DNA from: Fonticula alba ATCC 38817
Lineage: Eukaryota > Protista > Nucleariida
Assembly (NCBI GenBank): GCA_000388065.2
Contig: KB932201.1
DNA length: 60,543 nucleotides
Direction: 5' to 3' (one strand)
Shown: positions 45,923-59,376 of the stretch, piece after piece
Layout: each line of letters opens with the position of its first letter
Position numbering within the stretch: position 1 is the first letter of the stretch
The notes under the pieces: model-generated
What the model was told of the DNA's origin: nothing
The model's input: the letters and a program-made list of their open reading frames with translations, nothing else
The model's database searches: none
Translations under genes and position numbers: made by a program

Positions 45923-48900
45923 ATGACGGACCTCCCAAAGGACTACTTCAAGCCGACGGCAATCATGGGCAAGTCGCCTTCCGAGGATGTTAAGTCCCCG
46001 GCCAAGCCCTCGGGTGCCTTGTTGAGTGGTGGCTCCGTGGAGGATCTCCCCTCAGTCATTCATGGGTGCGTCATTGCCGCCATCTCCCGCCGCCACTTTG
46101 TGTCCGCCCCACTGTGTGTGTGTGTGTGTGGTTCCGACTGCTTCCTCTGACCACATGTCATTCCCCCGGTGCAGCTTTGTAACCGAGGTCAAGGAATGTG
46201 GCAGTGTTCACATCTATCGGCTTCCGTCGACTTTCTTGCGCTTTGCCGCCAGCTCCTTCTTCCCCAGTGCGTGGCACATCGCGTCGTTCTCGGGCATGCT
46301 GATGATTTGCCCGGTCTTGGTCTTTGTCCCGTTCTTTCTCCCCTCATACTTACCGCCACATGTTTGCCCCCTCCCCCCCCCCTCCTCCCTCCCACCCTCC
46401 CCTCCTGCCCTCCCCGGCCAGACGGGGTTGCTCGATGCCCGGGCTATGCTCTCCACCTACGGCGTTCCGCCATGGCCGGGCGATCAACCGCCGTGGCCTG
46501 CCCGGGAGTCCTCTGCATGCGCGAGTGCGAGTGCATGCGTGGAGGTGTGCCACAGACTCGTTGAGGGTTGTTGATGCTCAGGGGGCCGTCACTTGTCCCC
46601 CGGCAGGCCAGATCTTCGGCGCGGATTCGCGCCCAGAAAAGGGCGGCCTCCCCCCCCCCCTCCCCCCCACCCGCGCACTCTTGGGATCCAGAGCGCATTC
46701 CACAGAGCCGAGGAAGCCTTGGATGGCTACGTCCCTCGGCATCTGCCAAGGTTATCCACCCTCGCGCCGCCTTTGCCACAATTGGGACAGAGTTGTGTCC
46801 TAATTCCGACTGGTGGCAGCCACTAAGCCCTGGGCATACACGGGGGAGAAGATCCCGACTTCTGCGGCCGGGCTTCTTCCTTCCGAAGACGCGCCTGAAG
46901 AGCTGGCAGCCTTGGCCGATCCCGCCCTCGCCCCGGGATCTAGCATCCATCTTCTTCACCGGCCCTCATCTTGTTCCTTTCCTCCCCCAGTCCCCTTTCC
47001 TTCTAGCCCCCCGAGCTGCCCTCCCTTTGGCTTTCAGGCGTTTCGCCCCCCCCCCCCCTCCACGCGCTCTCTCTCCCTCTCCTCCCGTTCTTCGGTCTTT
47101 CTTTTTTTTTTCCGCCCCCCACCCTCAGCTCCCCTTGTTGTGGCCCACTGGAGGTGTCGATTTGTTCCCCCTCCCCCCNNNNNNNNNNNNNNNNNNNNNN
47201 NNNNNNNNNNNNNNNNNNNNNNNNNNNNNNNNNCCCCCCCTCGCCCATCCTCCCTAGTGTCGACCTACTTTCTGGACAAGATGAAGACCGACTACTTGGT
47301 CATCCGCCCGGCCGGCTTTGACTCGCCTTCGCGCACATACAATCGCCGGCTTGCCGAGCCCCTGAGCGCGTCGGCCCTGAAGCGCCTACGCGACATTACC
47401 GAGGGGCGCCTGGTGGCCATCGAGCCGCACCGGGTGGATCGCTACGGACGGCTGGTGCGCTGCGCAGCTGGCATCCCTCTCCCCCCCCATTCGCATCCCT
47501 CTCGCCTCGGGCTGGTGGCCGTCTCTGACCGGGGGATTCCTCGCCATGCTCCTCCTTTCCTTTCCTCCCTCCCCCCCCCCCGGTGGTCTGATTGTGCTGG
47601 GTAGGTTGGCACCCTCTTCTCGCACTCGCGTCTGGCGCCTCTTCACTTGATCGACGTGGCGGCGGACATTGTCAAGCGCGGGCTCGGCGTCGTGTACAAT
47701 GGCCATGGCGATCTGTCAGCCTCACGGGTCCAATTCCTGGAGTACCTGCAGGAGAATGCACGGTGCGGGGTTACTCCCTTTGACAGGCTCCCTCCGCTCT
47801 CGCCCTCCGCTCTCGCCCTCCGCTCTCTCCTCCCCCCGTTGGCGATGTCCTGTCTGACCTGACGCACCCACTTATCTGTCTGTCCGGCAACAGCGAGAAG
47901 CATCTCGGCATTTGGACGCGCGTAGACGGGCACTATGTCCAGCCGAAGTCCCACAAGCGCGACCCCATCTGCCCTGGCGCTCTGCAGGTGACTCGAGCCC
48001 CACCGACCGGCAATGACATTGACTTCGGCACCGGTCTCGATAGCTCCAAGTCGCCGTTGCTCTTTTCCGTGTGCTCCCAATCTTCCGGACAGTGTGACAA
48101 CTGCCCGCTGCTGTTGGGCGAAACCGACCCCTCGGTGCTGTCGCTCTGTGCGCGGGCCACCGAGATGGATCCGAAGGAGCTGGCCGCGCTTTTGGCCAGT
48201 CGGACGTCCTCGATCTCCCGCTCGGGCGGCGGTGACGGAGGAGGAGGATCCAGCTCGGCGTCGACCGTGGCTGCCGGCGCCGGTACACCTGCCGGTGCCG
48301 GATCTCGTGCAGGCGTTCTCGGGTCTGGGCCCGGGTCGCGGGCTGATGCCCTGGGTGACTCGGTTCAGCCGTTGGTTTACCATTATCGCCGGTCACCGGA
48401 AACCGGGCGTTTTGTGGCGGTTCCCGCTGCCCCGAGTCCCTATTACATGCCGCACGAGGCGCCCGCCCCTTTGGGACAGCCTGCACCGGCCTACTATCCG
48501 TATCATTACCATGCGACGGCGGCGGTAGCCACAGCGGCGGCAGCTCCTCCTCCTCCTCCTCCTCCGTCACAGCCTCCGCCCAAGGTCCCGCACACGGACT
48601 GCATGCACCCGAGCCCATTGGTGCATTTCGCCGAGTCCAGCGCAGTCGGCTATCATCACCATCACCACCATCATGCTTCCTTGTCATACCACCCGCATCC
48701 GGGGCACGGGCATGCCTCCTCGCACGGGCATACCCTGCACCATTATCCCACTGGACCAGAGCCGGCCTCCAATTACATGGAGGTCTTCGATGAGTCGCCA
48801 GAGGAGGTCTTGGCAACCGCCCCGGCGGCCAGTGTCCCTCCGCTGGGGTCGACACTGCCGGGCGGCGAGACCGCCGACATGGGGGAGGACCCGCACCAGC

Positions 48901-49667
48901 CGCTCATGTACTACCAGTACTTTGTGCCATCCAGCCATCCGGTTCCCTTCCATGATGCCCCGCACTTCCCGGGATATCCGATGTACCTGTCGCCCGGGAC
49001 GGGTGAGTATGTGGCCGGGCCCGAGGGCGAGGCTCAGCCGGATGGCAGCTCGGCGTCGCCCGGTGCCGGCGAACCGACGGCCACCGCGCCACCGGCCAAT
49101 GCCTCAACTGATGGCGGCAGCAGCAGCGGTGCGGCGGGGGCAGCGGCATCGGCGGGGGCAGCGACCACCGGGTCGGCGGGAGCGGCGGCGGCCACGCCGC
49201 GGCCCCCGGCCTCCGGTCCGCCGGGGGGTTCTCCTGCTGCCATGGCCGCCGGCCTGGGTGCCGTGGCCTACCATCACCAGTTTGCCTTCCCTCCCCCTTC
49301 GCAGCAGCACCATATGCTGACGGCGGCTGCGCCGGCCCAGCCGTCAATGCATGCCGGGCCGCCCTTCGCCGGGACGGGCTTCGCGCCCCCGGCTCCGCAT
49401 TATTACCTCCACCACCGGTCTTATGGGACGCTAGCGGCCCGGCCCGTCTCGGCGGATGGCAGCTCGCCTGTCGGCCTTGTCAGCTCCATGGCTTGCATGG
49501 GCCGGCGCTTCTTCTCTTCCATGCCTGCCCTCCCCGGGGCGAACTCCCTCTCTCCCTCTCCTTCACACATGTTGGCCTTGTGCCGGCTTCCTGCGGGCAG
49601 TCGGTCCGCCCTGGCATCTGCCCTCCCGCGATTGGCCCATCGAGCGTTGCTCCTTCTTCGGAGGTAG
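45923..49667 (+). CDS. Staphylococcal-nuclease (Lcl3-like) domain fused to a long His/Pro/Tyr/Ala-rich tail; 5' end possibly in a gap, 3' end approximate
   Basis: Spliced motifs IHG|FVTEVKECGSVHIYRLP, VIRPAGFDSP, HRVDRYGRL, VAADIVKRGLGVVY and ENAR|EKHLGIW follow SNase/Lcl3 order. The exon from 47894 reads in frame into ORF 47988-49667. Confidence 0.75.
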
Positions 49668-50889
49668 GCCGGCCGGTTCCTTTCTCATGTTCCTCCCCTC
49701 CCCTCCTTGTCCTTGTGGTGGAGTCACCCTCCTCCTCGTTCCTCTGCCGTGTGTCCTCCCTCCCCCCTTTTCCCTGTCTTTCGCCGTGGGATAAACAAAC
49801 TTCCGTTGCCCCCTGGGAGGGGGTGCCCACTCCCTACTTGCTCCTTGTGTTCTTTGCTCCATCTGTCTTCCCCTTTGTCTCTCCCTCTCTTCGCCCATTC
49901 GCATTTTTGCTCTTGTGGCCGGGCGCGCCGGGGCGTGGTCTCTTTTTTCTTTTTTTTGCCCAGGAAGAAGGATGCCTCCCCCGGGAGGTGAGGCGAGATG
50001 CGTGCCGTTCTGATGATCCAGATCCCATCATTGCCCAGCCCGGGCCTGTTCAGGACGGGCGGCGGGGTTGGTTGGCTCCTCCTGGGCGGGCCGCCGCTGG
50101 GGCTCTCATGCTTTCCGCCCTCGGCGGAAGCCCGCGCGCTATGCACGACACTGGCCAGAACTCGACGTGTCTGTGGGGACGTACTGGGCAAGGCCGCCCC
50201 CCCCCCCCCCCCCCCCCCCCCCGAACTCCCCTCACCTTGTCCGCTCCAGTGCGCCCCCGTCCGAAGAGCAGCGGGCCAGTGGAGAGGGGGCCCCTGCCCC
50301 GCCCCCCCCCCCCCCCCCCCCCCCCCCCGCTCCCCGGCAGGCCCCGGGCGGCGCGACACCTGCGCGCCCGCCCNNNNNNNNNNNNNNNNNNNNNNNNNNN
50401 NNNNNNCCCCCCCTGGGCCGGGGATCAACGACAGAGGGCCGTGTGCAGGACAGGAGGCCTGGCCCGTCGCCGGCCTGAAGGACTTGAAGATGCATCTGGG
50501 GCCCCGGTGCCGGGCCTGTGAAAGGCCCCAAGGCCCCCCCAGTTCGGGCTTCCCCCTCCTGGGGGGGAGTTAATCCCTGGGCTGGCTCGGGGTCCTGGGC
50601 CAAGGCAATTCACGATCGGCCGACACGGGCCTGTAGAGGCACTTGGCCCTGGGGACGCACACGCACCCCCCAGCCCCCCCCAAACTAGGGGATGCGGGCT
50701 CTCCCGGGCCGTCCGCCACCCGGGCGATTCTTCAGGCGATCTCGCGGGCTATGGTGAAGCCCCAGCATCATGGAACTCCACCTTCCTCTGATCCTCCCCC
50801 CCCCCTCCCCTCTCTTTGCTTCCATCCCCCTCGCTCTTTCTGCGCCCCGTATCGCTTTTCTCCAATCCATCACCCCCACAGCCTTCGCC

Positions 50890-51940
50890 ATGGTAAGCGC
50901 CGGTCTCCCGATGCCTTCCTCTGTCCCGCCTTCCGCCAGCCAGTCGCCCCCTTATTGACCGTGTACTGTCGCCCCTGCGCCCGCGCCCAGTCAACACCCT
51001 TTGACGTTGAGGCCAACTTGGCCCCGGCGGCCGCCCCTCAGCAGGAGGCGCCTGCCGAGAAGAAGAGCAACTCGCCGGCCATCATCCGCAACTCGAGGTA
51101 CGGCTCGCATTCCCCGGCTTGCCGGCTTTCATGAGGCCTTTCACATCATCTGACCAGCTCCTCTCCTCCCGCGGTTCCTGCACGGCTTCCGGGCCGGATG
51201 TAGCCATCCGATTGCCGTGATCTTTCACCTGCTCTTCCGTGTGCTTTCCATCCTGAGTTACCTGTTGTGCACCTTCATCACGAAGAACTTCGTTCTGTCC
51301 TTCGTGTTGACGGTCATCCTGCTGGCCTGCGACTTCTGGACGGTCAAAAACATCACCGGTCGCTTGTTGGTCGGTCTGCGTTGGTGGAATGAGGTCCGCG
51401 AGGATGGCTCCACCGAGTGGATCTTCGAGTCGCGCGATGTGCGTTCTCTTTTTTGCTCTTCCCTTTGGTCCTGTAGTTCTCTCTGTCTCCCTCTGTCTCC
51501 CTCTGTCTGTCTATCTCTCTCTCTCTCTCTCTCCTGCCCTCTCAGAGCTATCCTGGCTTACTTCTATTAACATGCTTGCCCCCTTCCTGCAGCCCGCTAC
51601 CTCTGGCCCGCCCAACAAGTCGGACTCCATCGTCTTTTGGTATGCGCTGTACCTGACGCCGGCGGTCTGGCTGCTACTGGCGATTGCCTGTATCTTCCAG
51701 TTCTCCTTCTCCTGGTTGGCAGTTGTCGCCGTGGCACTTGCCCTGTCCATGGCCAATGTCATTGGATACATCAAGTGTGCTCGGGTGGCTAAGGCTCGGG
51801 CCAAGGCCGCTGGGTCTGGGTCGGTTGTGAGCGACCCTCTGGATCAGGCCACCCAGATGGCCACCGACAGCATGGGCCGCATGATTGCCGACAACCTCTG
51901 GCAGCAGATGAAGTCCAGCGCTCAGACTCCGGGCCAGTGA
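50890..51940 (+). CDS. TVP23: Golgi membrane protein TVP23/FAM18
   Basis: ATG-only first exon (ATG|GTAAGC). Motifs HPIAVIFHLLFR, ILLACDFWTVKNITGRLLVGLRWWN, WIFESR, FWYALY and MANVIGYIKC. Confidence 0.95.
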
Positions 51941-52732
51941 AAATGGTGCGTCAATGTCATAATGTGTGTGTGTGTGGGGGGGGGGGGGGGAGGTTTGGAA
52001 GTACCCCAACCGGCTTCTTCACGCTCGCTGTGCCTTCCTCTTACTGATTGTCCATCTCCCCTGCTACTCTTCCCCCCTGTGCTCCTTTCTCTTTCTCTCT
52101 CTCTCCCTCTCTGTCGGTCTCTTGTCGTTCGTGGACCATGGATTCAATTTTGGCATCTCCACCGCATGTAGCCACTCTCCACTGGCTCCCTCTCCCCTGC
52201 GCCCCTCCCCCCCCCCCAAATATCCACTAAACCGAAACAAATTATTCCTCCACCCTCTTCCCTGGCCAGGCACAGCGTCGCGGGCCTAAATAGTTTGAGT
52301 TCTCTCTCTCTCTCTCTCTCTCTGATAGAGCAAGGACATGGTGGTGTATTCTCGTGTGTGTGTGTGTGTCTGTTATTCTGTCCGTCTTTCTGTTCTTCTG
52401 CCTGTCTGCATGTGTCGAATATTGGTACAATTCACGGGAATCATGGGCACATCCCGCCGGCCCTGCCGGAGCATAGGAGTGCACCCGTGTGAAGAACGTG
52501 CTCGTGCACGCACATGTATCTGCGTATGTGTATGCATATGGGGGGGGGGNNNNNNNNNNNNNNNNNNNNNNNNNGGGGGGGGGGGGGGGGGGGGGTTAGC
52601 CCCTTCCTTGGTCAGAGCCCTGCCAGCGCCCAGGTACAGGCACACATCTCCACACCGGCGCTCACCCACACATAGTCGTGGAGGGGCGCGACTGATCACC
52701 GCCATCCGGCCAGGTAGGGAGTCCCCCAGTGT

Positions 52733-55700
52733 CTAAAGCTCCTGGTAGTAGAAGGAGATGGGCTTGTCTTCCGACAGGCGAAGAACGCAAATGTCTGAGA
52801 AGCGGCCGGCAGCCGAGGAGGAGGAGGAGGAAGAGGAGGAGGAGGAGGAGGTAGAAGCCAATGAGGAGGAGGAGGAGGATGGTGAAGCCGAGGCCGAGGA
52901 AACTGACGATGCGCCATTCCCACCTCCGGCCGACATGGCGGACTCCTCGTCGGCCACGGCCAAAGAAATGGAGCCCGTGCTGCTGTTCAGCTCCGGGGGG
53001 GTATCTGACGCGACAGGCGTCACCGGGCTGGATGGTTTGGAGGACCTGCTCCCGCCAAAGGCTCCAGCCAAGCCAGACCGCAGAGCCGACACACGTGAGG
53101 ACACACTCGAGGGTGCCGGCGAGGAGGGTGCTGTGGGCTCGGCAGACAGAGCACCATTCGCTTCGGGCAGATCCGTGGCCGAGGGTGGCCCAGAGCCAGC
53201 CACTGTCCCAGAGGAGGATGGCACCGAGCTGAAGGTGGAGATGATGAGATCGGTCTGGCCCTGAAGCATGAGGAATTGCACCCGGCGCCAGGAGTTGACG
53301 GTCCCCTGGCCGGACCCGCCGGCCGACGAGGACCCAGACCCGCTGACCATGCCACCCACGCGGCTGAGAATGGATGTGGGCTGGTACTGCGGCACTGACC
53401 GACGGATGGTCTGCAGCAGATCGCCCGAGCGGAAGTCATACACTTCCATCGATCCGGCCAGGAAGCAGACAACCAGTTGCCCCAATGGCAGGGCGAAGGT
53501 GGGGGAGGTCTTCCACTGGACGAATGGACTGATCGGGGCAAAGGTGAGGGGATCAATATAGAGGCAGCCGCCTGTTGTAGATGGAGCCCGGGGGGGAGGA
53601 AAGTAGTGGTGTGTGTGTGTGTGTGTGTGTGTGTCAGTCGTTGGGAGGGGCAGAGAGAGAGAGAGCATGCAAGGAGATGATGTGTGCGTGTGTGCGTGTG
53701 TGCGTGTGTGCGCGCATCCGTGTGACATACGCTGGAAGGCAGCAAACAGAGCCCCATCGGTGTTGATTGGGCCAATCGAAATGGGTGGTCCAGTCTTGTC
53801 GGTGATGGCGAAGGGCACCACCTCGGCCGTGTCGATGTTGATGAAGACCGATCGGCTGACGCACATAACCGCCAGGGCGACGATGCGCGCCGCCGGGTTC
53901 GGGCTCGGCGAAGAGGGGGCCACAAGGACCGAGGGAAGGACCTCGCGACTGGCTTTGGTCCGGGAGCCACTGCTGTGGGCATCGGTCCCGGGGACCGGTC
54001 GGCTGACAATCGGCTCCACATACCGGACCTTCTCCGGCGAGTAGAATTCCTTGATCTTCATGAACTTATTGAAAGGATACTCGGCCCACATGAAGAGAAA
54101 GATCGAGTGCTTGACACCGGCCACAAGGAAGGCCGTGTTGCGCGCGCGGACTGTCGCCATAGGGCCGGAACATGCAGGCAAGCCGGTTAGCAAAGCCACA
54201 GCAGGCGGGAAAATATCTCTCTCGCTCTCTCTCTTTCCCTTTCTGCCTCTCCTCCTCCCCCCCCCCATCCCTCCCCGCCTCCTACCCTTCCACAAGCTGA
54301 GAAGGCACAAGGGAAGCCCCAACACGCACCGACGGAAATGTGGTATGTGTCCTTGGTGTTGGCCAAGGTCACGTAGACCGGATCCGCGCGTCGGAGATTG
54401 AAGCGCAGCGATGATAGTCCGGAAGTCAGGCGCTCGGTACGACTGCCCCCACGCTGCTCAGAGGCCGGGGCAATGTCGTTCACGGGCAATTCCTCTCCGG
54501 CAGCCAGGGCAGCCAGCACGTCCAGGCGGTACATGCGAATCTGCCGCTCCCGGCCGCTGATGACCATCAGCACGCCATATGCTTCGAGGACGATCAACTT
54601 GTCGAAGCGCTTGTCGGCCACCAGGGTGATGACTCCGCCGCCCTCGGTGAGCTGGAACAGGCCCTTCGGTGTGCCAATGAGGTAGGAGTTTTCTGTTGGT
54701 CGAACCATCGTACCCAATGGGAAGGCGGGCAGCAGAGTTGGCGCCATTGGCGTCGCCACGGGCGAGAAGGGAAAGAAAACGAAGCACGACCAGGTCAGAG
54801 GGAGAAATAGAGAGAAGACGGAGAGACAGGACAACGGGGATGCAGGGGCGCATCGAGAGCGGTCGACATACCCCAGCGCGAGCAACACAGGATCTCGAAC
54901 TCGAAGTTCCGCGCCAGGATCAACAGGCGGACGGACAAATAGTGCGACAGATCCGTCGGGCCAAGGACCATCGACTCCAGCTCGCGAAGGGTGTCCGGAC
55001 AGCTGGATGAGGTGCCCCAGCGATGCGCATCCGGCGTAGCGCGCGGGTTAAGGCGAGTCGTGCCGCGCGAGAAGGCGCTCCCACCAACTCCCGAGCGCGC
55101 GGACCCAGACAAGGAGGGCCGGCGACGGACGACCGCATCGTACAGGGCCTCGTCATCCTCGTCGATGGCTGGCACGCTGGAATCCGCCGAAGCACCGGTG
55201 GGGTCGGCCGCTCCAGAGCCACTCGCGGCCGAGGAAACCGACACCTCGGTCATAATGCGGCTGATGGCTTCGACATCGGACACGGCCGCCTCCAGGGCGG
55301 AAACCATGTTGCGGGCTGGGCCATCACCGCGGGGCTGCGGCTTGTCTGGCAGGGCGAAGTCCATCTGGGCCGCGGTGCCGGGGCTGCTGCCCCCTACACC
55401 GGCAGGGGAGACCATGGACACGGGACGCGAGGGGCTCTGCTTGGGGGGAAGTTGGTCGGCGCCGGTCGGGCGCAGGCCCGCGTCAAAGTGCGGGCTGCTG
55501 TAGGAGATGATGGTGTGTGGCCGGAGGGGAGCCTGATGCGACGAGGAGCCGGGCTTCGGGGGCAAGTGCTGATGAAGGGCTCCCCCGGCCGCATGGGAAC
55601 CGGGCCCGGCATGGTCGCCCTCAACATAGTACGGCTCGGTGGGCGAGAGAACCGGTCGGAAGAGGGGATCCGAGGCAAAGTCCCCGCCGGATACCTGCTC

Positions 55701-55762
55701 GCTGACACCGGTGACCCGCGACCGGCGCGAAACGGAAACCTTGCGCGCGAGTTGGTCACCCA

Positions 55763-55801
<39 letters not shown>

Positions 55802-56964
55802 ACTGGTGCTTGTGGTTGGCTGGATCGCTGATGAGTGTCACATCCGGTGACGTGACACCATCACCATTGGTCAGGCGGGCCTCGCGACAAAGTGCGGCGT
55901 CGCGTTGCTGCGCATGCATGGCACTCTGGAACTGCTGCTCCTCGGTGATCTCCTCGAAGAAGCGCTCCAAATACTCGGCGAGCACATGCTGCTGGACCTT
56001 CGGGGCGCCGAAATGCCCTCCGGGCAGCGTGTATGACCGGTGCGCAGTGGTCAGGAAGACATGGGCGGAGAGTTGCTCGGCCGTTGGCCGGTGGGAGAAG
56101 TCCTTGATCAGGGCGAAGCGCAGGAAGTCGCGGAAGTTCTTTGACCACCGCCGGGGATGGGTCAGGGTGGGCGACACACGCGACGGGATCATGTTGAGGG
56201 CCTGCATGGGGTGAATGTCCGCCAAGGGGGGGCTCATCTCGGCCATTTCAATTGCCGTGATAGCAAGGCCCCAAGTGTCACACTGGACGATTGTCAAACG
56301 GCGCCCAGAGGTGCGTTTGTCAGTTGGGACACATCATTGTCGGGTCAGTGTGTGGCGAGAGACAGCAGGGCGAGTATGGGAGCGAAGGGGCGTGGGAGAG
56401 CATGGCGGGGCCGGGCCAAGGTGTGAGACGGGTGGAATCGGGGAGGGNNNNNNNNNNNNNNNNNNNNNNNNNNNNNNNNNNNNNNNNNNNNNNNNNNNNN
56501 NNNNNNNNNNNNNNNNNNNNCGGGTACTTTCCCTGCTGTGGGGAGGTGAGGGGGGGGACGCACACGCTCGTCATACCAGGCAGTGTGGTCGTGGTCACAG
56601 ACGATCACCTCAGGGGCCATCCTGGATTGGGGGAAAGGGGGGGGGGTTAGGGAAAACGAGGCTGGAGTACAAGCGAGAAAAAGAGAAGAACTCCCAGGAG
56701 GGAGTGTATGTATGTGTATGGCGTGTGTACATGCGTGTGTGTATGTGTTGGGAGATGCGCGTACCAGTATGGGGAGCCAGTGAAAGTCCTGCGGCGAAGA
56801 TCACGCACGGCCCGTGACACTGGAAGCGACTCCAACTGCAGAGACCGGCCGACGCCAGACACACCGAAATCCGCCAGCTTGACTCCACCACGAGCGGTGA
56901 TCAGGATGTTGCCGGCTTTGATGTCACGGTGGACAATGCCCATTTTGTGCATGTACACAAGGCC
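52733..56964 (-). CDS. MAP4K: STE20/GCK-family MAP4K kinase with C-terminal CNH domain; kinase N-lobe missing at 5'
   Basis: Kinase motifs HRDIKAGNILI, VKLADFGVS, TFTGSPYW|MAPEVI, CDTWGLAITAIEMAEMSPPL and HPMQAL..IP. CNH-like motifs EILCCSRWG, YLIGTPKGL, KRFDKLIVLEAYGVLMVISG, LVAGVKHSIFLFMWA and FMKIKEF. Confidence 0.92.
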
Positions 56965-57601
56965 CTGAGAGATGGGAGATGTGGTCGGAGCGAGAGAGAG
57001 AGAGAGAGAGAGGAAGAAGGACCGTTAGACACGTTCACCAGGGGAGAAGAGGGAGCGGGCATAGAGCAAGGAGGGAATAGTGGGCGNNNNNNNNNNNNNN
57101 NNNNNNNNNNNCCCCCCCCCCCCGCTCCCCCCGCTCCCCCCGGGCACTATGGAACAAGGCAGGGGGCCGTCTGGGAGCGGGCGCGAGGGCTCAGATGCGC
57201 GCGGCCGTTCTCTCGGCGCACATGCGAGCCCTTCCGCCCTCCAGTTCCTCTCGCGGATCTCTGCCTCCCCTCCCTCACCCAGTCATCCGCCCAGGTTCCC
57301 TGCGGTCGCGCCCGCCCTGACCCGTTCCCGACGAGGAGAAGGGCCCGACGGACAGCCCGGACGGCTGACACCCGGGGCGTTCCGTTGGTCCCCCCGTCCC
57401 GGCCCCCGCCGACTCGCCACCTCCCACCCCCACCCCCCCCCCGATCATTTTTCTGGCCCCGGGTGGGCGCCGGTTATCGTTGGTGCGGGCGAGTCTGCCC
57501 CCCAGTCGTGGCCCCCCTTCGGTCGGCCCTTTGGGCGCCTCGTTTTGCTTGATATCCTCGCCTCGCGCATCCGGGCGCATCTTCGGCTGGCTTTTGACGC
57601 G

Positions 57602-57640
<39 letters not shown>

Positions 57641-57746
57641 CTCACCCCGCTCACCCCGCTCCCCCTCCCCGCTTTGGGGCCTGCTCCTCTCGGCCCCTTG
57701 CGCCCGTGCGCGCCGCCGCTGACCGATTGCCCTCCCCCATGTGCAG

Positions 57747-59050
57747 ATATTGCTGAGCATGAGTTCTTCCGCGATGTGGATTGGGCCGGGCTGACGACGA
57801 TGAAGCCGCCCTTCATCCCCCGGCCGTCGGACACCGGGGACACGACGTACTTCGAGCGGCGCAATGAGCGGGCCGATGTCCGGCGCCAACTGAAGAGCCA
57901 CGGGAGTATGGACCTGCTGGCGGCCGTGGCGTCGGGCGAGGTGGTGCCCGAGGATGGGCCAGCCTCGCGGTCCGGCTCGCCGTTGCCGACCGGCGGGATG
58001 TCGCCCTTCCGCACGGGGAGCCCGGCCCCCGGGTCGCATGGCGGGGGGCTGCTCTCGCCGGTGGCCAGCGGGTCGCCGCGTGGCAGCGCCACCGGGTCCG
58101 GCCTGCTGGCCGGGTCGCGGTCGCGCTCCGGGTCGACGCAATCGCGGCAGAGTGTCATCTCGATTGGCGGGGCAGCCGGCGGCCCCGGGGGGCAGACGAT
58201 CTCGCGCTTCTGCTCCCAGTCGCCGGCTTTGTGCCGGGTGTCGCCGGTCCCGGCGGGCCGGCCGGTTCCCGGGTACTGCCAGTGTGCGTGCCCCTGTGCG
58301 TGCACCTGCTCCTGCAGCTGCCTGCGCCTGGACAGCCCGGGCCACGCGCACTCCAAGCCTAAGATCGTCCTGCCATGCTCGTTTGAGGCGCCCCCGCGGC
58401 CGGCCAGCCGGCTGTTCTTCCGCCGGGCCCCGGCGGACCCGCCGGCCGTGGCGGTGGCCAGCACGTGCAGCCGGTCGGCCCACTGCTCCAGCCGGCCGGC
58501 CCTGTGCCAGGCCGGCCCCGGGACCGGGGGGTGCGCCTGTGCCGAGGTCCTTGCTGCGGCCCTGGCGGGAGCCGGCCTGGTGGCCTCCGGCTGCCAGGCG
58601 CTGGCCGAGGGGGTCGGCAGCCCGAGTGGCCCGCTGGTCGGGAGCCGCGTTCACTCGCCGGTGGTGGCGGCCGGGGTGGCCTCCTCGCCGGCCTCCCTGC
58701 TATCCGGCGGGGGGGGCTCCGGTGGGAGTCCTTTCGTTTTGGTTTCCGACGGGGGCCCGGTGTCGCCGCCGACCATGGCGCATGCCCTGCGGCCGTCGCC
58801 CTCGGTGGGGTCGCTGCTGTCGGCGGTCGGGGGTGGGGCTTGCTCGTCGTCATCGTCGCCGGCCGGCGGGCCACCGCGCGAGACCGTCGCCCGGCACCAG
58901 CGCAACCTCTCGGACACGGGGGGCGTCTTCAAGGACGGGCGCCGGCGCTCGAGCGGTGTGCATTCCGAGGCCAACAGCGCGCAGGAGGACTTCATGAAGC
59001 TCTTCACCTCGGCCAGCCAGGGCGAGGACCGCCTGGAGGTGTTCTCCTTT
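57747..59050 (+). CDS. AGC-kinase C-terminal region (MAST/Greatwall/Rim15-like), catalytic domain absent
   Basis: DIAEHEFFRDVDW...KPPFIPRPSDTGDTTYFERR is the classic AGC C-tail. It is followed by a long Ser/Gly-rich insert and a terminal FSF hydrophobic motif. Confidence 0.7.
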
Positions 59051-59095
59051 GTGTGCGTGTGCTGGGTGTTCCGCGTGTGCGGGGCGGGGTGGTGG

Positions 59096-59096
59096 T

Positions 59097-59171
<75 letters not shown>

Positions 59172-59376
59172 CGGGGGGGGGGGACAGGGGGGGGGGGGGG
59201 GGGGGGGGTTGGGGGGGGGGGGGGGGGGGGGGGGGGGGAGGGGGGAGTAGGGGGAGGGAGAGGGGGGGGGGGGGGGGGAGGGGAGGGGGGGGGTGGAAGG
59301 GGGTGGAGAGGGAGAGGGAGAGGGGGAGGGAGGGAGAGGGGGGGAGGGGGAGAGGGGGGGGGGGGGGGGGGGGGGT
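59096..59376. repeat. Very long G-rich/poly-G tract (~280 nt)
   Basis: Seen directly; includes a pure-G run of about 75 nt. Confidence 0.9.

Noticed and set aside
58263-58330. Cys-rich YCQCACPCACTCSCSC as a metallothionein or zinc-binding domain
   Set aside because: It arises from GTGC/CTGC-type simple sequence and may be intronic (GTACTG donor-like site); there is no supporting context.
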